Assembly: GCA_951406725.2 (NCBI GenBank)
Contig: OX597815.1
Location: forward strand, 94,302,001-94,366,000
Length of the DNA stretch: 64,000 nucleotides
Reading direction: 5' to 3'
Source: Octopus vulgaris
Lineage: Eukaryota
Position numbers and translations under genes: made by a program. Position 1 is the stretch's first letter. Each line of letters starts with the position of its first letter. Below are positions 1 through 12,180 of the stretch, in pieces. A model generated the notes under the pieces. The model did no database searches, was not told the origin of the DNA, and saw only the letters and a program-made list of their open reading frames with translations.

Positions 1-502
1 ACGAGGCACGACTATGTTTGAAAGAAGTTACAATATTAATGTAAAATGTACATACATGCAGAGAAAAAAAACCCAAAGAGGACTTAACAAGGAAAAAACA
101 TCGATCAGACAAGACTGGTCGGTGTAATTCAAGATAGTTACCTTATTCAAAATTTAGCCAGGGGTAAGGGAGACAATCTGATAAAAGTAGGAACAAAAAA
201 CGAATGTATGAAGTAGAAAAATGCTATAAAATTACAAGTGATAAAAATGACATATATACTTAACACATAAGGATATACAATCATTTAGTTATAATTATCA
301 GTGTGAGGAATTTTTGTAAGGACATCAAAAAAGGTTTAATAAAATAAAGTAAATTAAAATAAGATACAATAAGGTAGAATACTTATTCTATTGTATTTTT
401 TCCCTTTCGTCTCTCTTACTATTATTACTGTTATTTTTTCCCTTTTTAAAACTTGCTTGCAAATATCAAATTTTTCCCTTATTACCCCATTTGCATTCTC
501 CC

Positions 503-590
503 TTGGGCAAGCGTCTCCTACTATAGCCTCGGGCCGACCAAAGCCTTGTGAGTGGATTTGGTAGACGGAAACTGAAGGAAGCCCGTCGTA

Positions 591-656
<66 letters not shown>

Positions 657-880
657 TGTGTGTGTGTATATGTTTGTGTATGGTGTTTGTTCCCCCAACA
701 TTGCTTGACAACCGATGCTGGTGTGTTTACGTCCTCGTAACTTAGCGGTTCGGCAAAAGAGCCCGATAGAATAAGTACTAGGCTTACAAAGAATAAGTCC
801 TGGGGTCGATTTGCTCGACTAAAGGCGGTGCTCTAGCATGGCCACAGTCAAATGACTGAAACAAGTAAAAGTGTAAAAGA

Positions 881-882
<2 letters not shown>
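503..882 (+). mobile_element. tRNA-derived SINE (family A), 5'-truncated, with internal (TA)n/(TG)n microsatellite
   Basis: Matches other copies in the window (cttgggcaag...gccgaccaaagccttgtgagtggatttggtagacggaaactg...cagtcaaatgactgaaacaagtaaaag). Confidence 0.85.
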
Positions 883-931
<49 letters not shown>

Positions 932-933
<2 letters not shown>

Positions 934-1331
934 AGGTGCAATCGAGGCTGTGTGGTAGGAAGCTTGTTTCTCAACCACACGGTTCCGGGTTCAGTCCCAC
1001 CCCGTGGCACTTTGGGTATGTCCTCTGTTTCAGCCTCTGGCCGACCAAAGTTGTGTGAGTGGTAACTGAAAGAAGCCCGACGTATGTATATACATATACA
1101 TACATACACACACACATGTATGTGCGTCTTTGTGCTTGTGTTTGTTCTGCAAGGTACTTGACAGCCGGTCTTGGTGTGTTTACGTCCCCGTAACTTAACG
1201 GTTGGGCAAAAGGGACGGCTAGAATAAGTACCAGTCTTAAAAAGGAAATAAGTTCTAAAATGACTCAAGGTGTTGCCTCAGCATGGCCGCAGTCTAATGA
1301 CTGAAAACAAGTCAACGATAAAAGATAAAAG
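932..1331 (+). mobile_element. SINE family A, diverged full-length copy
   Basis: A/B-box-like head (ggctgtgtggtag...ggttcagtccc), same body and tail as other copies. Confidence 0.8.
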
Positions 1332-1411
<80 letters not shown>

Positions 1412-1454
1412 GTCTATCTGTCTATCTATCTATCAATCTATCTATCTATCTATC

Positions 1455-1493
<39 letters not shown>

Positions 1494-1494
1494 A

Positions 1495-1529
<35 letters not shown>
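1332..1529. repeat. (TCTA)n microsatellite
   Basis: Direct reading. Confidence 0.95.
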
Positions 1530-1599
1530 ATTTAAAAAGTGTCCTGGAAGTCATAACATACTAACAAATAATTTGGATTCAGTATTTTCGCACAACGCT

Positions 1600-1945
1600 T
1601 CTATATTCTACCCGGGTTGAAAACAACCATCAGGTCACAAGACACGTAGGTGGACAGAGGTGGAAGTAGGTTATATAAGAGACAAAGAAAACGTAAACTT
1701 TATTCTCTTAATTAACTTTATGTCACCCTATATTCCAGTATATAATCTTCCTTACGTATAATACAGACATTCAGGGTAACGGAATGACACCAAACAATGG
1801 ACAAGAAGACCATGAAGCCGACCAAAGACAAGATGGCGAAATGATCTCACCCACTACCTAGGGCCTACATGGCCACGACTGGTCAGAAAAACAGCGATGG
1901 AAGGAGTCCAGGGTGGGATTCCTCCTTAAGGAGCGATGAAGCCCT
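1600..1945 (+). mobile_element. RTE-clade LINE 3' end remnant
   Basis: Degenerate translation ...RPKTRWRNDLTHYLGPTWPRL...RW...FLLKER*, typical of an RTE C-terminus. Confidence 0.55.
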
Positions 1946-2777
1946 GGATATTCGATACAAACACACACACACACACATGTATGTGTGCCTATATATATGT
2001 ATATATGTTAATTATTCTTTACATGGTAGCAATATATATGTCTGATAGTAGATTTTCTTCGAGATATTTTTACTACTAAAGACATGACAGTGTTGCAGCA
2101 TAATCTTTTTATTACAGACATTTTGTTTCTCATATTTCCATATTAGTTGTCTGTCTTTAATTTGGAACTATAAAGTTCCTAAATGTCTCTCCTGAAAAAG
2201 TTTCAAAACTTCTAGAATGCACTTTATACACCACTTATCATCCTATCATTATGACTATCTCCATCATCCCCAACACTTTTAACACGAACAACAGTTCCAC
2301 TGTCGTCTACACACAGTACCGTTATCATTTGTACTTTCACTCTCGTTACCAGCATTATCATCACTATCATCATGACCACCACCATCACCACCACTATCAC
2401 TGCCACCATCACCTTCACCATCAACGTCGCCGTCAACGTCACCACCACTACCACCACTGTTATCACAGTGGGACAGTAAATGCTGTGCGGTATTTAGCTT
2501 TCTCCCTCACTTTATCAATTTAAATATCAAATTTCACTTAAGATAACTTTCTTACTTTTACCATTATATACATATTTCCTCTTTGACATGTCGTCTGGGG
2601 ACCGTCTAGCCGGCGCGAAACTCTAACTAATGGGTATAATGGAACAATAGTCAACCATATATATTACTCTACGAATATTATATATTATATGACAATGCAG
2701 AAGGAGTACTATTTATATACTTAGTAGCTTTACAAAACAAATAAATATACACATGCTCACACACACACACACATGCT

Positions 2778-2862
<85 letters not shown>

Positions 2863-3797
2863 GTGAATAATTACATCTAAAAGATGTGTTCCCTTCATTC
2901 ACTTTCGGATATAATCTCGGGTAGATGTAGTTGATGATGTGAGACTGTGTCCAACGTTCATTGGTTACTTATATCATGAGCCCTAACATTCTCTCGTTGA
3001 CGGGTCGGCAGTAATGGCCAAGTAAATCACTGCCTATCTCCTCTTTCTGTCTCTCAGTTTAGCTCTTCTCTCATGCCCCATAACCAACAATGGACATCTT
3101 TTGCTGGTTTCTCCTCACACCGCAAACGGTTGTTTTACAATCATTCCACTGGTTGTGAGCATTCTCTATCCTGATTGGACAAGGAATCATCTGTAGCCAA
3201 CCTCGAATGGGAATAGCTGTGTTTACCATCCCTTCTCGCTGAACTCTTGCAAAAGTTTAAACAGCTCCACCTCTATCATCATAACCACCAGCACCAGCAG
3301 CAGCACCACCACCACCATTACGTAAAGGAATTGCAAGCTCCCTTACAAGTTTAGCATCATGTTCCATGATTGGATCTTTCGTAGTAGATCGTTTCTTCAT
3401 GCAGTGATTGACGTCTTTCAATTCTTTTCTCACAAACTTGATATATGGTTCTGGGGCGTTTCTTGGATTTCTCTTGCTCAGTTTATTGTTATTGGTTGAT
3501 GTTACTGGGGTTTTCTCCCTTGATTGTTGTTAATAGATTTTCAACATTTCGTGAGTGATTGTCATCTAATTACAAAGATAATCTCCGTAATCGAGATTTT
3601 TCAACACACTCTCTTCTAGGCTCCATCGTGTCTGTCTGTCTGTATGTGTGTGTGTGTGTGTGTATATGTGTGTGTGTATGTGTGTGTGTGTGTATGTGAG
3701 CGTTACACAAGCACACAGAGAATACACTCTCTCTCTCTTTATAAAATATGCATATATATGCAAATGTATACATACATACATACATACATACATACAT

Positions 3798-3971
3798 AGG
3801 GGTGGCTGTGTGGTAAGTAGCTTGCTTACCGACCACATGGTTCCGGGTTCAGTCCCACTGCGTTGCATATTGGACAAGTGTCTTTTACTATAGCCTCGGG
3901 CTGACCAAAGCCTTGTGAGTAGATTTGGTAGACGCAAACTGAAGCCCGTCTTATATATGTATGTATGTATG

Positions 3972-4016
<45 letters not shown>

Positions 4017-4222
4017 ATATATGTATATATGTGTATATGTTTGTGTGTGTGTGTTTGTCCACCCACCATCGCTTGACAACGGATGTTGGTGTGTTTACGT
4101 TCCCGTAACTTAGCGGTTCGGCAAAAAGTACCGATAGGATAAGTACTAGGCTTACAAAGAATAAGTCCTGGGGTCGCTTTGCTCGACGAAAAGCCGTGTT
4201 CCAGCATGGCCACAGTCAAATG
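3798..4222 (+). mobile_element. SINE family A, full length
   Basis: gtggctgtgtggtaagtagcttgc...ggttcagtcccactgcg head, internal microsatellite, aacaagtaaaaga tail. Confidence 0.9.
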
Positions 4223-4397
4223 ACTAAAACAAGTAAAAGAATAGGGGTGGAGGGCTGACGATGAAGGGGAAGGAGAAGGTGGGTAGGAGTGAAGAGAAGA
4301 GAGAAGGAGAGTAGGATGAAGAGAAAAAGTAAGACTCGGAACAAGAGAGGAGAGGTGGGTGGGAGGAAGTAGGTATGAGTGGGCGAGGAGGAGGAGG

Positions 4398-4853
4398 TTA
4401 GATGAAGAGGGGGAAGAAAGTTGAGCCCATTGGCACAAAGGAGCGAAGAGAGAAGATTAATCCTTGTTCACGGCGCAAACGGGAGTCCGGATGGTCCCTG
4501 TGCAAGGACAATCCGAACACGGACAGATGTTGCAATGAGTGACCGGTAGAGCGGAATTGGCGTGAGATTGGGGTGTCATTGCCGAGTCGGATGTCTTGGA
4601 GGTGTTTCGCGAACCGGTCAGCCAAGCGGCGTCCCGTTTGCCCGATATATAGAGAAGGGCAAAGAGAGCAGGAGATGCAGTAGATGACATTGGTAGAAGT
4701 GCAAGTGAAGGAGTCGGTGATGTGATAAGGTCGATGATGGGTGCCGGTGAGGAGGGTGGTGTTGGAGAGGTAAGGGCAAGTGCGGCAGAGTGGGCGGGAG
4801 CAGGGGAACGAGACGGGTTGGGAGGTTGGGTTAGGGATGAAGCTGTGGACCAT
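4398..4853 (-). pseudogene. Penelope-like element GIY-YIG endonuclease fragment (Neptune-like Cys linker)
   Basis: PCSRPLCRTC linker, NVIYCISCSLC...YIGQTGRRLADRFAKH, terminal RLRREQGLI. Confidence 0.85.
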
Positions 4854-5548
4854 GAGGTCTCGTAGGTTGAAATTTCATGAACTATTGTCTGATGTATTTA
4901 TAAGTATTAGATTTAAATATTTTCGTAAAGCCAAAACAGTGCAAGCTATAGAAGATGAATAGTTTTTGGTAGATCTTTAAAATATTATTTATGTAACGCA
5001 ACGCATTCCTTATTTTTTTTACCCATTTGTAGAATATTCTTGGAATATTTTTTGTGCGACATCTGTTTCTGTCTCTTTCTCTTTCTTCGCATCTCTTTTA
5101 CCATCCTCTTTGTCTCTCTGTTTCTCTCTCTTCCCTCCCAATACCCTCCTCTGTTGCTTCGTCCCTCTACTCTCCACGAATTTTCTCTCTCCTCCCACTA
5201 CCACGTGACCCGTGACTATCTAAACTTCTCTCTTCTTTTTTTTCGCTTTGTCGTTGACGAAATCGGTTACGCTTCTTTGCTATTCTACCCCATTTTCTAC
5301 ACAGCTTGTTTACCTCTTCCTTCTTTGACTTTCTATCTTTTATTCTCTTTTTTTAATTTTAATTTTTCTTTGCTTTACCCATATTCGTCCGTCTGACAGC
5401 CACGCGGCTTTATTTTTTGGTTGTATATATGTCTTGCTACTAGTCAAAAACTCCGCATACCGGAGGCCAGCAAGTGTATGGGGTCATCATGAGAGAATGC
5501 GCGCCGTTTCGGGTCCTTCCTCTCAACGGTATCAATGCATACCACCCC

Positions 5549-6639
5549 GCCACAAGGGAAGTGCAGTTGTAATAATGGATACATCATACTATAGAAATCT
5601 TGTAATTTCCTTGCTTGATGACGACCTACATTATGAAAAAATTACCAACTACACCTCACAAAAAATAATGAAAACTCTATCTTCACTAATTAAAACCCAT
5701 GAAAAGGAACTAACAACCAAAGAGATTGACTTTCTAACAAACTTTAAATGCAAACCTAGCCTTTTCTATGGTCTGCCAAAAATTCATAAAAGCCAAATTA
5801 TAAATGAAACCATTAAAAAATCACCAAAGACATACATACACACACCTAACCCGGGGGACCTAAAACTACGACCCATTGTAGCTGGCCCAACCTGTGAAAT
5901 ACACAGACTAAGTCTATTTATGGACATCCTCCTGAAACCCTTTCTTAAACATATCGATAGCCATATCAGAGATGACTTAGATATGTTAAACCACATTCCA
6001 AAAAAAGCCAAGGAAGAAACAATCCTGGTTTCATTTGATGTAGTTAACTTATATACCAGTATACCTCATAATTATGGACTAGAGGCAATACAGTTCTGGC
6101 TGGACCAATTTCCGGAAGAAATACCAAAAAGGATCAGTAAAGAATTCATTACTAAATCAATTGAATTCATCCTACATAATAACCACTTCATGTTTGACAA
6201 TACATTTTACCGTCAAAAATCCGGAATTGCTATGGGTACAAGGGCAGCACCAGTCATTGCGAACCTAACAATGGGCTACATGGAAATAATCATCTACCAG
6301 GAATCTTTATCAATCTTTGGAAACCCCCTTTCTCAATACATAAATTGGAAACGATTCTTAGACGATTGTTTTATACTCTGGAATGAAAACACAGATAAAC
6401 TCCTAAAATTTAAAAACCTATTGAACAGCATAAACCCAAATATACAGTTCACAATGGAATACAACCAAAAGGAGCTCCCGTTCTTGGATATACTAATTAA
6501 AAAAATTAACCTTAAAATAGAAACAGACATTTTTCACAAAGCCACAGACGCCAAACAATACCTTCTTTTAATTCATGCCACCCAAGACACACTAAAACAA
6601 ACATCCCCTTCAACCTTGCAAGAAGGATATGCACAATAG
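5549..6639 (+). pseudogene. Penelope-like element reverse transcriptase, 5'-truncated, frameshift near 6565
   Basis: KGSAVVIM, FYGLPKIHK, LRPIV, SFDVVNLYTSIP, GIAMGTRAAP, WKRFLDDCF, LPFLD. Homology continues in another frame (FNSCHPRHTKTNIPFNLARRICTIV). Confidence 0.92.
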
Positions 6640-7526
6640 TGTCAGAACAAAATACCAGGAACTTTAGACTGCAAGAACTCAAAAACACCCTAATTGACAG
6701 ACATTACCCAGCTCAACTCATAGAGGATGGGATCAGACGTGCAACAGAAATCAACATAGAAACTTTAAGAAAAGTTCAACACAACAACACACCTTCCCCG
6801 AAAATACTACCTTACATATCTACATACAACCCCAGAAACAAAGAAGCCTTCACCATCACCACCCAGAATTTACCAATACTTCATAAGGACCCCGAATTAA
6901 AGGAAATTCTAAACATACACCAAATCATTAAAAGCTACAAACAACCTAAATCACTTAAAAAGATTCTCACAAAGGCAAAATTGCTTTCTGAAATTACGGA
7001 TGCAAAAGTAAAAAAATGTGGTAGATCGAACTGTGCAACATGTCCAAACCTGCTAGAAGGATCAGAATTCCTCTTTAAAGAGGGACAGAAATTCAAGATC
7101 AAATCTAACTTTACTTGTGCCTCTGAAAACATAATTTATGTCATAAAATGCTCGGGCTGCCACCGAGACTACGTGGGATCCACAGGACTATCACTCAGAT
7201 GTAGATGCACACTGCATCGACAACAGATTGCATTCCCAGAATACAGAATGGTACCTTTTAGTGAGCACATTGAGAAATGCGCAAAGCAACTACTACCACA
7301 ATTTTTAATCTTTCCATTTTACCAATGTGCTATCGGATCATCAACACAAATTAGATTAAACAAGGAAACATTCTTCATTGAAAAGTACAAGCCCAGACTT
7401 AACCATGCCAACATACTGATACAGAGAAATTCACACCAAGGGAAAAGGAAAAAAAATTTTAAGCGATTATCTCCCTTACACCGGAAGAAATCACTCATTA
7501 CCTCCCCTTATTTAGAACTCTTTTAA
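6639..7526 (+). pseudogene. C-terminal part of the same Penelope-like ORF: thumb/linker and GIY-YIG endonuclease
   Basis: CGRSNCATC linker, IIYVIKCSGCHRDYVGSTG, HRQQI, SEHI, RLNKETFFI. Confidence 0.9.
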
Positions 7527-7571
7527 ACATAAACATAACGATAACTCTATTCAACATAAACATAACGTCGT

Positions 7572-7610
7572 AAGAAATTTGAAAAGCTAAACGCGAAACC
7601 GGTCTTTCTT
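7572..7610 (+). ncRNA. Degenerate minimal type I hammerhead in the 3' pLTR of the Penelope-like element
   Basis: aagaaa-(t)TTGAAAA-gc/gc-GAAA-ccgg-TC-tttctt. Helix I is perfect, the CUGANGA box is mutated. Confidence 0.6.
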
Positions 7611-7723
7611 CTAAACTATGTCATTGTAAGAAAAAAAAATTTTTAATATTCTTCAGACATATTGACGCAAATATATATATTTTTTAACCTTTAAGCCTTC
7701 TGTAGTTTTTTCACTTTTTACTA

Positions 7724-7804
<81 letters not shown>

Positions 7805-7807
<3 letters not shown>

Positions 7808-7968
7808 CGCAGGCGTAGCTGCGTGTTGTTAAGAAGCTTGCTTCCCAGCCACATGCTTCTGAGTTCAGTCCCACTGCGTGATACCTTGGACAAGTGTCTT
7901 TTACTATAGCCTTGGGCCAACCAAAGCCTTGTGAGATTTGGTAGACAGAAAACTGAAAGAAGACCGTC

Positions 7969-7970
<2 letters not shown>
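7805..7970 (+). mobile_element. SINE family A 5' half
   Basis: aggcgcaggcgtagctgcgtg... head up to the microsatellite. Confidence 0.8.
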
Positions 7971-8052
<82 letters not shown>

Positions 8053-8206
8053 GTCTATAACGATGTTATATTTGCAATTCCATTATCCAAGGAAAGTGGT
8101 GTGTAGAAGTGGTAGAAATGCTTCCTGTCCATGGTATGTAAATTCCTTTTCCAAAATAACTCCTCATATTGAACTTTATTTCCCTCTATTTAACTATCTC
8201 ACATCG

Positions 8207-8252
8207 TTTCTGATGAAGGGATATCCCTAATATCCCAGAAACAGCTGTAAGA
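8207..8252 (+). ncRNA. Minimal type I hammerhead ribozyme in a solo pLTR-like insert (about 8057-8320)
   Basis: ttt-CTGATGA-a-gggatat/atatccc-a-GAAA-cagctg-TA-aga. Intact core, palindromic helix III. Confidence 0.8.
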
Positions 8253-8598
8253 GTAACTTCATCTTTATAAATGTCCTGAAATTTCACACAGCCTTGGCTT
8301 TGTTGTCTCATTTTATTTAACATATACATACTCAAGCAATGATACTCCTCACTCGTATCATTATTGAACCGAGAGTTTAACTACGGCCCTTCCATAGCAC
8401 TTACATAACGTTACCTCCACCTTGGGTCTTCTGGATAGTTTTAATCGAATTTCGCGTAGTAGGAGGGACGAGCGTTTTGCGTGAAACTTTGTAGTTGGAG
8501 AAAGAAATAACACATTTATATCAATAAATAAACTCTACAACAATTATTAAATACAACTTTTTCATTTGCAACATTATACATACATGCAAACATAATCC

Positions 8599-8688
<90 letters not shown>

Positions 8689-8832
8689 TTGTTTGTCTAT
8701 CTGTATATTAGTATTATGTATATATATACATACATGCACGCATAAAAATATATAATAATAAAAATATATATGCTAATCAATCATAATATATATAAGAATC
8801 ATGAAGATAAATAACCACACACGCATATACGC

Positions 8833-8901
<69 letters not shown>

Positions 8902-9055
8902 TATATTTACATACATACGTACATACATATATATATCTGCATATGTATATATAGACATATATCTTGCATAGATATACACACAACCACATATCTACACATA
9001 TCTATAGATATATATATGCATACATAGATAGATGTGTGTGTGTGTGTATACATAC

Positions 9056-9108
<53 letters not shown>

Positions 9109-9284
9109 CAGAGAAAGTGAGAGAGTGAAAGAGCGAGAGAGAATGAGAATGATAGAGAGAGTGAGACAGATGCATAAACTTACATACATGTACGTACAGA
9201 CATGCACACACGTACACGCGCCCCCACTCACTCATATAAAATGGGAAGCATTTGTCCGCGAAGCAAAGGAGAGGAGAGAGCGAA

Positions 9285-9318
<34 letters not shown>

Positions 9319-10265
9319 GCAGACAGGAGATAGAGAGATAGAGAGATGAAGGTGGAGGGAGTGGGAAGATCAGTGAAAAGGAGATGGAGAAAGACGTTGA
9401 AACAGTCATCCTTGACCGTATTTCATGAAGTCAGACGATTCTGTGCATATTGTAGTCTATAGCGTAATTTGTCTCTGCGGTTGTGTGTGCATGTTTTTGT
9501 TGTGTGTATGTGGCACATGAGTATAGTTGTTGTGTTTATGTGGATATTTGTTTTCAACATGTGTTGATGTTCTTGTGTACACCCATTTCAACTGAAATAT
9601 ATCTAGTGATGAATTGGGTGAGATTTGGCTTTTGTATCTATCAAATCTAACCATCGTGTAGAAGTGTTCTTCGTTACCATATTTATATGTACATACATAA
9701 GAAAGTTGTAGATAATTTAAGGTAGGGACCTCAACCACCGGGCTGCGGAACAGCACCGAACCGCACAGAGGGAATAAATGTTTAAATTTATTTCTACTTT
9801 ATTTACTACTGTAGTCTGCACGGTGTCTTTCCATATTATACGTATTATATGCGTGTATGTAATATATTCTTTTCTTCTTTTCTTCTTTTATAAATTTCAG
9901 CCCAAACTCTATGATTGGCTTTTGGTGAAGGAGTTTGATATTGCTGCCCTATTTTGAGTTTCTTGCCATTATGTAAGGTTCATCTCATATTTTGGGCAGC
10001 AGAAGGTCAACTTGTTTCTTGGAAATATCTACCCACATTGATTATATATCTCTCTACTTTTGACAAGATTTCAAATAGCCGTGGGTCTTTGAATCCCAAG
10101 CTATTGCAGTACTGTTTCTCACATTAGATGGGACAGATCGTGCCTTTGGAACAGTGCGGTGACGTCCTGTTCGGGGGCTGGTTTAACACTCAATGCTAAA
10201 ATTTGGTGCCGACCCCTCTAAGAGTTTCCTTTTGTATATCACCGCATTTCTTCCATGGATTAGAG

Positions 10266-10447
10266 TAGTGCTCCGCAACCTATTTTCACTTGCGATACAC
10301 ATATTCTTTTCAAAATTCATCGGCAAACCTGAACTAAAACTATAACTAAAAGTATAGGGGAAAATTATATTCAGGTTATACTGCGGCACACCTAGCACCG
10401 TCTCGTGGCACACCACTGCGCCGTGACGTACCGGTTGCGGAGCACTG
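10266..10447. mobile_element. hAT-type MITE
   Basis: TIR (t/c)agtgctccgcaacc / ggttgcggagcactg. 8-bp TSD gattagag/gcttagag (7/8 match). Confidence 0.8.
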
Positions 10448-10992
10448 GCTTAGAGTAGTAATTATTTCAGTCTCTTCCAGTAGCTCAATTGTTCCATTGA
10501 TGCCATCTTCATGGTGTAGCATTGCTGAATTGCCTCTAGTTCTGCTATTAAACTTACTCTGGGGTCCTCATAGTTGAGTAAGCCAGGCGGCTGAGAATAA
10601 ATTTCCTGCATTGGACCAGCTAAATTACTTGGTCATTTGTCCAAAATTTTCTTAGAATCTATCCCGCCACTCACCAGCACACTGCCACCGTCATGGTGTT
10701 ATGTACATGAAACGATGCAACCTTACTTATATCAATCCCAAAATCACACACTGTATGACTCTGGGATTACCGCTCCTTTTGGTCTAAACTATCTTTGTTA
10801 AGGCATATTAGCGCAAACTAGTTGATATCGGATGGCTTCGAATTTTCCTGCATTAAACTGCATGTTAATTTTTTCAGCCCATTTATACACGACTTCTAGG
10901 ATTAAGTGGATTTTAAATGTCGAACGGCCACAATGAAATTCTGTATTTTCAATTACAACTTGACGACAAATATATTATGATGAAAATAGCTG

Positions 10993-11056
<64 letters not shown>

Positions 11057-11223
11057 CGTGTGCGTGCGGGTGTGCATTAGTGATGCGTGAGATTTTGAAT
11101 TGAAAACCAGTTTACTCCATACATTTGTTCTGTGCACGCACTTTATAACAGAAAGGACATTCACTAATCCACACACTCGCACACGTTCGTTTATACATAC
11201 ATACGTACATACATACGATACTT

Positions 11224-11258
<35 letters not shown>

Positions 11259-11289
11259 CATATGTATACATATACATACACACACACAC

Positions 11290-11392
<103 letters not shown>

Positions 11393-11397
11393 TATAC

Positions 11398-11449
<52 letters not shown>

Positions 11450-11519
11450 TATATAGACACGTACACACACACACACGCACACATGTATTTAATGAACGCT
11501 TACATCCTCTATATCATTG

Positions 11520-12180
11520 ACATAGAAGACAACGAGGTAATGGAAATTAGAAGCTTGAAATGCGACAGTTTATAGTCGTAGGCTTAATGTTCCTTCATAA
11601 TTACCATGTGGTGGTCATCTGTATGGTGGGTGTATTTGGGAGGTTAACAAAGCGTATATTCGCTGCTTCTTTCAGTCGTCTTACATTTCATTATTGTTAA
11701 TATTCTTGACTTTGTTTCGCAAGTTGTTGGTGACTTCCTTATCCCCAACAAATTATCAGCCATGCCTGATTTTTCTCACTCCTCTAATTACGAGTTTTCT
11801 CTAGTCCTACTTTTAGGGGTGACTACTCTCACCTTCGCATTCATTGGCATAACTTTATGGAATACAAAATACATAGTTTCTGTTCATGATTTCACATGAT
11901 AGAAGTTTTGATCAGGGGAGATATCGCCGAAGAGTAGATATGTTTCTTAGTACTATCCTGATATTGTATGGAACCCTCTGCAAAGTAAACAGATCTTAAC
12001 TCTTGTATTTCTGCTCTTGGCAACTGATGCTATGCTTTTAAGGTAGTTTTTATTCTGAAGTGTCTTTCTAATTCTGATCATGTTGCGAAAGGCAAATATT
12101 TTTTCCTAATTCTAAAACCGTGTGGGTCTTCAAAGCGGCTTTAAGACAGATACCAACTATATATATGCAACCGTGATTCT
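11520..12180 (-). pseudogene. Old Penelope-like GIY-YIG remnant
   Basis: Degenerate minus-strand translations ...PLKVGLEK...EKSGMADN...RRLKEAANI. Confidence 0.6.

Noticed and set aside
2224-2523. His-rich or Val-rich ORFs
   Set aside because: Degenerate (CAC/CAT)n trinucleotide repeat
5480-5540. Minus-strand hammerhead candidate (cccGAAAcggcgc)
   Set aside because: No acceptable CUGANGA box or cleavage triplet
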